Below are positions 53,304 through 64,000 of a stretch of 64,000 bases of DNA, in pieces. Each line of letters starts with the position of its first letter. Within the stretch, counting starts at the first letter, position 1. The stretch lies in contig OZ024754.1 in the NCBI GenBank assembly GCA_964016885.1, positions 30,876,001 through 30,940,000 of the forward strand. Reading direction: 5' to 3'. The stretch is from Eledone cirrhosa (lineage: Eukaryota). Position numbers and translations under genes: made by a program. Below the pieces are notes generated by a model. The model did no database searches. It saw only the letters and a program-made list of their open reading frames with translations, and had not been told where the DNA came from.

Positions 53304-53346
<43 letters not shown>

Positions 53347-53366
53347 AATATATATGTATATATATG

Positions 53367-53449
<83 letters not shown>

Positions 53450-53451
53450 GT

Positions 53452-53649
53452 ACGTTATTCCGGGTTGAATCGGAGGTAACCACAGTAAGTAAGGTACTCA
53501 ATACATTGCAGAGTATAAAAATTTTAATATAGATGAGATTCTACAGGACTAGAACTGTTTCATTCTTTAGAAATCATCAGGAATCTGAGTCCTGATGATT
53601 TCTAAAGAATGAAACAGTTCTAGTCCTGCAGAATCTCATCAATATTAAA

Positions 53650-53650
<1 letters not shown>
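53452..53650. mobile_element. Family H fold-back element; intact hammerhead on - (53536-53586), GCA-triplet mutant on +
   Basis: RC: AGAUUC-CUGAUGA-UUUC-UAAA-GAAU-GAAA-CAG-UUCUAGUC-CUG-UA^-GAAUCU. Confidence 0.85.
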
Positions 53651-53684
<34 letters not shown>

Positions 53685-54001
53685 TATGTATATATATGTA
53701 TGTATATAAAGACTAGTGTCCGAAATGTAAAGTCTCTTTTCCTACTACATCAAGTGTTAAGCTAATATATTTCTTCATTAGTCCAAGCATTGCTACCAGG
53801 GAAAGCAGACGTTTAAAAGATAATTAGCATGATGATGATGATATATACACACACACATATATATATATATATATGTATTAATATATATATATATATAAGG
53901 ATAACAAAATATCGTTATAGGTAATCCAGTGAGAGGTTGTGAATACTTATTATGGATAGTTTTAGCGTATTTTATGTGTGTGTGTGTGCACATTTGTGTA
54001 T

Positions 54002-54096
<95 letters not shown>

Positions 54097-54520
54097 TACA
54101 TATATATATATACATATATATATATATGTATGTACATACACAAGTGTGCACACACACACACACACTGACATACACAAATACATATATATATATACATATA
54201 TATATATATATGTATGTACATATACAAATGTGCACACACACATACACTGACATACACAAATATATATATATATATATATATATATTGACGTGTTGCTGTA
54301 TGTAGAAATAGAGCTTCCCATTCTTAGGTATCTTACAGTAATTTAATTTTCTTTCATTCTTCAACATCTTTTAATGTATTCTGCTGTTTGTTGCATTCAC
54401 TGTTATACTAAGGCAACATGTACATGAATGGGCAACTATGTGTGTGTTGTGACTGGCTGTTGTGTATTGTGCTGTTAAGATTACGGTGTATAAATATATA
54501 TATATATATACATGTATATA

Positions 54521-54588
<68 letters not shown>

Positions 54589-54591
<3 letters not shown>

Positions 54592-54783
54592 TTAATATAG
54601 ATGAGATTCTACAGGACTAGAACGTGTTTCATTCTTCAGAAATCATCAGAGATTCCTGATGATTTCTGAAGTATGAAACAGTTCTAGTCCTGTAGAATCT
54701 CATCTATATTAAAACTTTTATACTCTGCTATGTATTGAGTACCTTACTTACTGTGGTTACCTCCGATTCAACCCGGAATAACG
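54589..54783. mobile_element. Family H fold-back element; hammerhead on + (54649-54701)
   Basis: GAGAUUC-CUGAUGA-...-GAAA-CAG-UUCUAGUC-CUG-UA^-GAAUCUC with one stem II substitution; (TA)n on both sides. Confidence 0.85.
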
Positions 54784-54802
54784 TATATATATATATATAT
54801 AG

Positions 54803-55120
54803 TAATAATAATAATAATAATAATGCTTTCTATATTAACCACAAGGGTTTACACAAAGTAGACATTAAGGACAGTACAGGACAATAGAGGACGGTACAAA
54901 AGGGCATTTCTGCGTGTAAAAAAAACAAAAAACAGAGGATGTAATAATAGAACAATGAAAAAATTCCCCAACAGGGGGGAGACTTCCGAGGGCCATTCGT
55001 GGAGAAAGCCCATTAAAAAGCCACAGTGACCCTGACCACCTGGACAAGTGCCCTCTCCCAGTTTTCCACCTTTAATTTTCAGACACATACTCAGAGTAGG
55101 CCCATTCACTCGGGGCATAG
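54803..55120 (-). mobile_element. Probable LINE 3' end with an (ATT)n tail
   Basis: RC ends CCCTTGTGGTTAATATAGAAAGC-(ATT)n. Similar termini recur five times at 23.6-25.4 kb. Confidence 0.55.
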
Positions 55121-55202
55121 TAATAATAATAAATTTGAAGACTAAAATCCAAAGAGGGCTCGATAAGGATAAATATATATCAAATATATAAGAACCGTAG
55201 AG

Positions 55203-55260
<58 letters not shown>

Positions 55261-55318
55261 TAGATTTTGAGTATATGTTGGTTGTATACCAACACCTCAG
55301 TATGCAGGCTGGTGTATG

Positions 55319-55358
<40 letters not shown>

Positions 55359-55367
55359 TATATACAC

Positions 55368-55447
<80 letters not shown>

Positions 55448-55627
55448 GGTGATTTTATTAGTAACCAGGTGAAACTTCAGAGTAACAAGATTCATCCACA
55501 TAGGTAGGTGAGAGACTTGCCCAAGGTGATATGGAGCAAAGTGATTGCATTAACCACACAATAATGCCTGAAACTATATATGTATATGTGTGTGCTATTG
55601 TTAATGTATATATATATATGTATTTTA

Positions 55628-55695
<68 letters not shown>

Positions 55696-55727
55696 TTACT
55701 GACATCTTTATTGATAAATGTGTATAT

Positions 55728-56236
55728 ATTGTTATACTTTGGGAGGGTCATGTTGCCAATAAGAAACACACGCACCAGTTGCTTTCACTCTAATTTATTA
55801 TAATAAATTTATAAATTTAGGAATTTATAAATTTCCGGTTGGTTGGTTGGTTCCACAAACCATATGGTTGTTTATATATTGTCAAAGTTCTTTCGTCACA
55901 CATTATGTGACCTCTTCAGTGACTGGGGATTCTTTTCTTTGTTTTTGTGCCTCTCCTTTGTTCTGTACTACGACTCTTCAATTACTGAAGAGGTCACAGA
56001 ATGTGTGACGAAAGAACTTTGACAATATATAAACAACCATCTGGTTGTGGAACCAACCAACCAACCAACCGGAAATTTATAAATTCCTAAATTTATAAAT
56101 TTATTATAATAAATTGAAGTGAAAGCAACTGGTGCGTGTGTTTCTTATTGGCAACATGACCCTCCCAAAGTATAACAATATCGGTTTCAACACATGTTTT
56201 CAGATAAAGAATCTTGCTAAACAAATTCAGAAACGA
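55728..56236. mobile_element. Family D fold-back element (~190-bp arms) with hammerheads at 55881-55923 (-) and 55981-56023 (+)
   Basis: RC: GUCA-CUGAAGA-G-GUCACA-UAAUG-UGUGAC-GAAA-GAAC-UU^-UGAC. Related pieces at ~21420-21550, 34905-35228 and 58545-58812. Confidence 0.8.
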
Positions 56237-56399
56237 AATGTGTATATATCTATAAGACATTGTCACTGGACCGAGACCTTTGGCGGTACTCAGTAATAGA
56301 GAAGACCCGCCTTACCTAAATACAAAGTAAAACCTACTACAGTCAGTAGGCATCTCTAACAAAATACACCCCCGTCCCACCCCATCCACACCGCCCCCT

Positions 56400-56813
56400 T
56401 CTATGTAAAGTTATGTTGGTGCCACACCATCCAGGCCGAAACAAATGAGGTCGTGTAGGTGTCACGACAAAAAAACACACAGTCCACGCTGTAATGTGGC
56501 CGTGTAGGCAACACGGTAAAAACCTCCCAGCCCCACACTGTAAATGTGGTTGGTGTTAGGAAGGGCATCCAGCCGTAGAAAACCTGCCACACAGTCCACG
56601 CTGTAATGTGGCCGTGTAGGCAACACGGTAAAAACCTCCCAGCCCCACACTGTAAATGTGGTTGGTGTTAGGAAGGGCATCCAGCTGTAGAAAACCTGCC
56701 AGACAGTCCTATGCGAGCAAGACAATCACTCTTGCCTCAAGTGGGAAAACCCCCGTCCAAACCCATGCAAGCGTGGAACACGGACGTTAAACGTTGATGA
56801 TGATGATGATGAT
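56400..56813 (+). mobile_element. RTE-tailed non-autonomous element with an internal ~110-bp tandem duplication
   Basis: GGAAGGGCATCCAGC occurs twice; tail GGACGTTAAACG-(TGA)n. Sister copies on - at 61640-62060, 59318-59540, 61385-61565 and 39345-39530. Confidence 0.8.
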
Positions 56814-56995
56814 GTATATATATATATGTATATATTTATATATGTATATATAAATGAGTGTGTGTGTATGTATGTATATATATATATATATATACCAAAG
56901 AAGGTGTGGTAAGATACCAGGTAGACCATAATGCACCAGTTTGGATCTAGCTGTCGAAACGGCTGGAACTCAGGTGTCAGAGTCCTGACTCTTCT

Positions 56996-57067
<72 letters not shown>

Positions 57068-57133
57068 TATACATATATACACATATGTATATAATATATA
57101 TTTATATATAAATATATAATTTAATATAGAAAT

Positions 57134-57184
57134 GGCTTCTACAGCTGTAGAACTGTTTCATTCGAAAGAAATCATCAGGAAGCC
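57134..57184 (-). ncRNA. Type I hammerhead ribozyme, family H variant with a compensated stem I
   Basis: RC: GGCUUC-CUGAUGA-UUUC-UUUC-GAAU-GAAA-CAG-UUCUACAG-CUG-UA^-GAAGCC. Confidence 0.85.
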
Positions 57185-57316
57185 CCTGTTTAAGTTTCCT
57201 TCTGATGATTTCCTTCGAATGAAACAGTTCTAGAAGCCATTTCTATATTAAATTTTGTACCTTACGTACTGTGGTTACCCCTGCTTGAACCTGAGACATA
57301 CATATATATGTATGTG

Positions 57317-57353
<37 letters not shown>

Positions 57354-57960
57354 GGTGGCTGCCAACTCGTTTTCGAGTACGGCCACTACTTTATATCCAT
57401 GTAGGAGAACCCCTACCGATGTGCTGAACGAGTGTGACTTTTTAGTCCAGCCAGCGACTTGAAAACTCTGGTACAAACACTACACTTGTGACAATTATTG
57501 ACACATACTGCTGGGCCCATGGTACCATGTGGCGACAAGTGCAGAGAGATCGCCAGATATAAAGCAATGCCTGTGCCGTGAAGCTTTTATAGTGAGCAAA
57601 GGCACTGCACAAAGCCAGTCCCACTCTCTTAACCAAGATGATATTTACCAAAAAGAAGAACAAGTCAACATCATTGGATACCTTCAGAGTTGCAGGTGTT
57701 ATATCAGAGTTTTCCTTCTCCTAGAATTCTGCCTTGACAAAGGCTAAGGGGTCATCTCTCCCGGTGATTTTGGATGGCCATTGACTCTTAAGAGCTCCTT
57801 TGCCCTTTGACAGGTTTTGTTTTTAGTCCTGCAGGATGTCCAAAGTCACCCTCCTCACCAAGAAACCTTTGTGGTGTTGCCAGTTTAGTCGCCAACGACC
57901 CGACCATGGGACAAGTTGTACTGGGATACATGTTACCAGTAGCACCAACTGGTGACCTGA
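57354..57960 (-). mobile_element. Longer copy of the 36129-36644 repeat
   Basis: Colinear over ~515 bp and extends ~90 bp further; TA tracts on both sides. Confidence 0.7.
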
Positions 57961-58021
57961 CATATATATATATACACATATATATACATACATATATACA
58001 TACATATATATATATATATAT

Positions 58022-58224
58022 AGTTTTAATATAGATGAGATTCTACAGGACTAGAACTGTTTCATTCATTTGAAATCATCAGGAATCCAGGAGATTCCTG
58101 ATGATTTCAAATGAATGAAACAGTTCTAGTCCTGTAGAATCTCATCTATATTAAAACTGTTATACTCTGCTATGTATTGAGTACCTTACTTACTGTGGTT
58201 ACCTCCGATTCAACCCGGAATAAC

Positions 58225-58225
<1 letters not shown>
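58022..58225. mobile_element. Family H fold-back element with one hammerhead per strand, in (TA)n
   Basis: Arms meet at ...ATCATCAGGAATCC-AG-GAGATTCCTGATGAT...; long arm ends CCCGGAATAACG-(TA)n. Confidence 0.9.
58091..58143 (+). ncRNA. Type I hammerhead ribozyme, family H
   Basis: GAGAUUC(58091-97)-CUGAUGA-UUUC-AAAU-GAAU-GAAA-CAG-UUCUAGUC-CUG-UA^(58136)-GAAUCUC; 7-bp perfect stem I and 4-bp stem III. Confidence 0.9.
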
Positions 58226-58272
<47 letters not shown>

Positions 58273-58495
58273 ACATTAACAATAGCACACACATACATAT
58301 ATAGTTGCAGGCATTATTGTGTGGTTAATGCAATCACTTTGCTCCATATCACCTTGGGCAAGTCTCTCACCTACCTATGTCTCATGAGTGGATGAATCTT
58401 GTTACTCTGGAGTTTCACCTGGGTACTAATAAAATCACCATATATATGTGTATATATATATATATACACACACACACACATATACACACACACAT

Positions 58496-58549
<54 letters not shown>

Positions 58550-58810
58550 TGAATTTGTTTTGCAAGATTTCTTATCTGGAAACGTGTGTTGAAACAGATA
58601 TTGTTATACTTTGGGAGGGTCATCTATCCTACACCATCAAAGGAGAGACAGAGTCACTGAGGAAGTCACAGTGTGACAAAAGATCCTTGAGGATATATAA
58701 GCAACCATCAGCTTATCGAACTAACCAACCAGATTTTTATAATAATTTGAAGTGAAAACCAACAGGTGCATGTGTTTTTATTGGCAGCATGACCCTCCCA
58801 AAGTATAACA

Positions 58811-58842
<32 letters not shown>

Positions 58843-58879
58843 GTGTAGATAAATCTACCAAGAGTTTACGGTAGTGTCC

Positions 58880-58920
58880 AATATTTGCTTGTTGTATCCC
58901 AACAATTTAAATAGAACTTT

Positions 58921-58972
<52 letters not shown>

Positions 58973-59305
58973 AAAGTTCTATTTAAATTGTTGGGATACA
59001 ACAAGCAAATATTTTTATAACTGATATAAAGCACTCGACAAGTATTTGGAGTAAATATACAATATTAACAAATGGAAACTATATTTATAAAACCATATCT
59101 ATTTTATTATACATATTTCAAGGACACCATTGTCTTCCAAAAGTTTCAAGCATTTTGAAAGGGTATGTCAATATTTATTTATAAAACTGGTATATATTGT
59201 ATTTTGTCTGATGAAAGCATACCATAATTTAACATGGTATCCTTGAAATATGTATAATAAAATAGATATGGTTTTATAAATATAGTTTCCATTTGTTAAT
59301 ATCGT
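58880..59305. mobile_element. Family B compound: tail-to-tail pair around (TA)n plus a fold-back; hammerhead at 59200-59264 (+)
   Basis: UAUUUUGU-CUGAUGA-AAGCAUACCAU/loop/AUGGUAUCCUU-GAAA-UAUGUA-UA^-AUAAAAUA; 58880-58924 mirrors ~58969-59013. Confidence 0.85.
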
Positions 59306-59540
59306 ATATATATATATATCATCATCATCATCATCATCATCATCATCGTTTAACGTCCGTGTTCCACGCTTGCATGGGTTTGGACGGGGGTTTTCCCACT
59401 TGAGGCAAGAGTGGTTGTCTTGCTCGCATAGGACTGTCTGGCGGGTTTTCTACAGCTGGATGCCCTTCCTAACACCAACCACATTTACAGTGTGGGGCTG
59501 GGAGGTTTTTACCGTGTTGCCTACACGGCCACATTACAGC

Positions 59541-59606
<66 letters not shown>

Positions 59607-59633
59607 ATATATGTATATGTATATATATATATT

Positions 59634-59671
<38 letters not shown>

Positions 59672-59893
59672 CTTGTTAATATTAACTAATCTTAACCTAT
59701 CCTCGGAGTACCTTGCTTCATGGATTTCCTTGCTTCTTGGATTATACGATTATACAACTGGACTACTCTCTTGGATTACTTTGGATTTTACCATTCATAT
59801 ATATATATATAGAGAGAGAGAGAGAGGGGTAGAACACTGGAAGGTAATATCTGCAGTGGTAGAGCACTCTGTCCATGGGGCATGTTAGGAGTG

Positions 59894-59931
59894 CGAGCTG
59901 AAGATCCGCTAAGGTGAAACAATTATTCTCG
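59894..59931 (+). ncRNA. Minimal type I hammerhead ribozyme, family F
   Basis: CGAG-CUGAAGA-UCC-GCUAA-GGU-GAAA-C-AAUU-A-UU^-CUCG, preceded by an inverted fragment (59829-59880) of the element's own 3' part. Confidence 0.65.
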
Positions 59932-59958
59932 GTACGGTGAACTAACTGTTGTGTTACC

Positions 59959-60075
<117 letters not shown>

Positions 60076-60150
60076 CATATATATATATACAAGCAGGGAA
60101 AAAGCGGACGTAAAATGAAATGAAATGAAATGAAATATATATATATATAT

Positions 60151-60691
60151 ATACATTATGAAGAGAGAAGAAACATTTAGATATAATTAGTAATAAAATG
60201 TATCATACCTAAACTGCTCCTAAATTCCTCGACTACGTAGTTTCGTGGTGTGTTTCTAAATATATTAATAACTCCCTCTGGTCGAGCAATCTTTGAAGTG
60301 TGGGGACAACTGGAAAGCTTCCATTACTCATACTTCTCGCCTTCTTCACTACCTCTTCTACGGCCTCGATATGAATACCCCCTCCGCCTCCGTGGTATTT
60401 TCTTCGTGGTTATAAGAGGCTTAGCTCTGTTTCTCGACCGTTATATCGCGTGACTATCTCCCCCTCCGCCTTTTGGGATTCTTTCTCACGTCGTGTAGAC
60501 GCGTTCTTGAGACTAGTAAAATGAGGTATCCTCTTGATAAGTTGGCAGACCTCGCAAGGACTCTATATCTTTGATATATTGTTTTTGTTTATGCCACGAA
60601 ACTACGTAGTCGAGGAATTTAGGAGCAGTTTAGGTATGATACATTTTATTACTAATTATATCTAAATGTTTCTTCTCTCTTCATAATGTAT
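60151..60691. mobile_element. Family I fold-back element with 98-bp arms (60151-60248 and 60594-60691)
   Basis: Arms are exact reverse complements as far as I can read; (TA)n on the left. Confidence 0.85.
60529..60616 (+). ncRNA. Type I hammerhead with a U3-A8 variant core and a large loop II
   Basis: UCCUC-UUGAUAA-G(U)UGGCA...UGCCAC-GAAA-CU-ACGU-AG-UC^-GAGGA. Confidence 0.65.
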
Positions 60692-60847
60692 TTTTAACTC
60701 TGATACTGGTTCAGTCTGGTTCAAACTGAATTGGTCTGTCCCAGTCATTCATTGAGCAACATCGGTGAAGTTGGCACCCTTAACTCACAGTTGGGTGCGG
60801 ATGCATTCATGTATATATGTGTGTGTCCGCATGTATCTGTGTGTTTC

Positions 60848-60882
<35 letters not shown>

Positions 60883-60887
60883 ACATA

Positions 60888-60924
<37 letters not shown>

Positions 60925-60935
60925 GTGTATACATA

Positions 60936-61000
<65 letters not shown>

Positions 61001-61232
61001 ATGTATATATATGTCCACTTTGTCTTAAGTGGTTCCACAAGACTTGGACCAGATCAAGCTACAGGGGTTCTCCCCCTTGCTTTTCATCACCGGAATATCC
61101 TTTAAGGAAGTTTCAATATTGATGAGGAAATGGTTGGTTGATTCCTGTTTTTTCCCCACTCACAATACTCAGACTATTTGCATATGTGTGTATGAATATA
61201 CATTTCTATCTATGTGTATGTATGTGTATGTA

Positions 61233-61293
<61 letters not shown>

Positions 61294-62545
61294 GTATGGA
61301 TGTTATTGTATGTGTGGATGTGTATGTTTTGAGTTATGTATGTATGTATGTATGTATATGTGTATTTGTGTATGTATATATCATGATCATCATCATCATC
61401 ATCATCTTCGTTTAACGTCCATTTTCCACGCTAGCATGGGTTAGACGGAAGTTGTCCCACTTGAGGCAAGGCTGGTCGGGTGATGTGCCTCGCTCATATA
61501 GGACTATCTGGCAGGTTTTCTACGGCTGGATGCCCTTCCTAACACCAACCACATTTACAGTGTGGAACCACATATGTATGTATATATGTATGTACGTAAG
61601 TGGGTGTATATATGTATGTACATGTGTGTTTGTGTATGTATCATCATCATCATCATCAACGTTTAACGTCCGTGTTCCACGCTTGCATGGGTTTGGACGG
61701 GGGGTTTTCCCACTTGAGGCAAGAGTGATTGTCTTGCTCGTATAGGACTGTCTGGCAGGTTTTCTACAGCTGGATGCCCTTACTAACACCAACCACATTT
61801 ACAGTGTGGGGCTGGGAGGTTTTTACCGTGTTGCCTACACGGCCACATTACAGCGTGGACTGTCTGGCAGGTTTTCTACGGCTGGATGCCCTTCCTAATA
61901 CCAACCACATTTACAGTGTGGGGCTGGGAGGTTTTTACCGTGTTGCCTACACGGCCACATTACAGCATGGACTGTGTGTTTTTTTGTCGTGACACCTACA
62001 CGATCTCATTTGTTTCGGCCTGGATGTTGTGGCACCAACATAACTTTACATTGAAGGGGCGGTGTATATGTATATATATGTATGTGTATGTATGTATGTG
62101 TATGTATGTATGTATTTTTTTTGACAGCTCACACCTGTGCAGGTTTAGCTGGCCTCCTCCAAGGTATATCTCGTTGGAGATGTCTTGGGTGATTTAATGA
62201 TAGGGACCCAAGTCCTATCATCTCATTTCTACAGCTGAGTAAACTGGAGCAACGTGAAATAAAGTGTCTTGCTCAAGGAAACAACACATCACCCGGTCCG
62301 AGAATTGAACTCACAACCTTTCGATTGCAAGCCCAATGCTCTAACCACTAAGCCATGCGCCTGTATGTGTGTGTATGTATGTATATGTGTGTTTGTGTAT
62401 GTATGTTTGTGTGTATGTATGTATGTATGTTTACACACACAATAATTTCAGTAAAACCCATAATGTCTTCCTACACACACCCACCTGTGGAATGGTAGAA
62501 TGGTTGTCTCTGTTAGAGGCAGGTCACAGTCTCAGTGATCCTCTA

Positions 62546-62576
<31 letters not shown>

Positions 62577-62610
62577 CCCTTTCATTTATTCAAGTGTTCT
62601 CACATACATT

Positions 62611-62803
62611 TGTGAGTAGCTGAAAAGTTTATAGGCTGACTATGAAGGAATGATCCTAGAGTTTTGAAATATTGCATGCATTAATTGCAACTCTTCTTAT
62701 TAATAACTACAATTTTTTCAGGGACTATGTTGAAAAATAAACCTCATCTGGTCATGCCATGAGAGTATCTTGGTCAACCTATGAACTTTGCAATCAGCCC
62801 TTG
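62611..62803. mobile_element. Old mariner-type MITE
   Basis: Left ...GCTGAAAAGTTTATAGGCTGAC is inverted relative to right GTCAACCTATGAACTTTGCAATCAGCCCTTG-TA. Confidence 0.55.
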
Positions 62804-62819
62804 TACAGTCTTTAATGCT

Positions 62820-63770
62820 TTATATATAGAATGGTATGGTACTACTGGAATATTATACATAGAATGGTATGGTACTACTGGTATATTATACATAGAATGG
62901 TATGATACTACTGGTATATTATATATAGAATGGAATGGTATTTTATATATAGAATGGAATGGTATTTTATATATAGAATGGTATGATACTACTGAAATAT
63001 TATACATAGAATGGTATGGTACTACTAGTATATTATATATAGAATGGTATGTTACTACTGGTATATTATATATAGAATGGTATGGTACTACTGGTATATT
63101 ATATATAGAATGGTATGGTACTACTGGAATATCATATATAGAATGGTATGGTATATTATATATATAGAATAGTATGTGACTACTGGTATATTATATATAG
63201 AATGGTATGGTATATTATATATAGAATGGTATGGTACTACTGGAATATTATATATAGAATGGTATGGTACTACTGGTATATTATATATAGAATGGTATGG
63301 TTTATTATATATAGAATAGTATGGTACTACTGGTATATTATATATAGAATGGTATGGTGCTACTGGAATATTATATATAGAATGGTATGGTACTACTGGA
63401 ATATTATATATAGACTGGTATGGTATATTATATATAGAATGGTATGGTATGGTATAGTATATACAGAATGGTGTATTACTATTGATATATTATATATAGA
63501 ACAATATGGTATGGTATATTATATATAGAATAGTATGGTATGGTATATTATATATAGAATAGTATGGTATGGTATGTTATATATAGAATGGTATAGTATG
63601 GTATATATAGAATGGTATGGTATGGTTTATATAGAATGGTATGGTATATATAGAATGGTATGGTATATTATATATAGACTGGTAGGGTATATATTGAATT
63701 GTATGATATATTATATATAGAAAATTATGGTATGGTATATATAGAATGGTATGGTACGGTGTATATAGAA
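62820..63770. repeat. 33-bp minisatellite with 24-bp deletion variants, degenerating rightwards
   Basis: Unit ATATAGAATGGTATGGTACTACTGGTATATTAT. Confidence 0.9.
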
Positions 63771-64000
63771 AAAGGTGTGATGAGATGAAAAGTGTAACTA
63801 TAGCAAAGATGAACCAAGATAAAATGCACCCAGGACACTCTGTAATGTTGGTACCATGTTAAACTACATGCACCATACTCTGTAAGTGGTAGTGCTGGTG
63901 CCATGCAAAAATGTACCCTAGACACTCTGTAAAGTAATAGTACTAATACACCCAGTACACTCTGTAAAGTAATAGTGCTAAATACACCCAGTACACTCTG

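Noticed and set aside
60250-60530. Possible PLE RT or GIY-YIG coding remnant in the family I spacer
   Set aside because: The 67-aa ORF shows no RT or GIY-YIG motif that I can recognise.
62820-63770. ILYIEWYGTTG repeat ORF (33 bp = 11 codons)
   Set aside because: Minisatellite that degenerates with frame-breaking indels; no gene context.

Overview
Eukaryotic, AT-rich, apparently non-coding (intronic or intergenic) animal DNA. The repeat content fits a cephalopod genome, probably Octopus (inference, no database search): tRNA-derived CORE-type SINEs with RTE-type (GAT)n tails, and very dense (TA)n, (CAC)n and (GGT)n microsatellites. No complete protein-coding gene is supportable, and almost all entries in the ORF track are translations of microsatellites. 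The window is a mosaic of minisatellites, SINEs, 3' fragments of non-LTR retrotransposons (RTE, R4/Dong-like) and small MITEs. The main signal is a dense population of about 10 unrelated families of short (roughly 100-550 bp) non-coding elements, mostly embedded in (TA)n tracts and usually arranged as fold-back palindromes. They carry type I hammerhead ribozyme motifs: stem I, CUGANGA, stem II, GAAA, stem III, NUH^, stem I. About 20 complete or near-complete motifs can be folded by eye. They include copies with compensatory stem I changes, minimal forms with palindromic stem III loops, a U3-A8 core variant and one with a 104-nt stem II. They look like Penelope-like pLTR or retrozyme-type non-autonomous retroelements, and no autonomous RT/GIY-YIG ORF is visible here. 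A possible Gly/Ser/Arg/Tyr-rich coding exon is cut by the left edge (frame +3).
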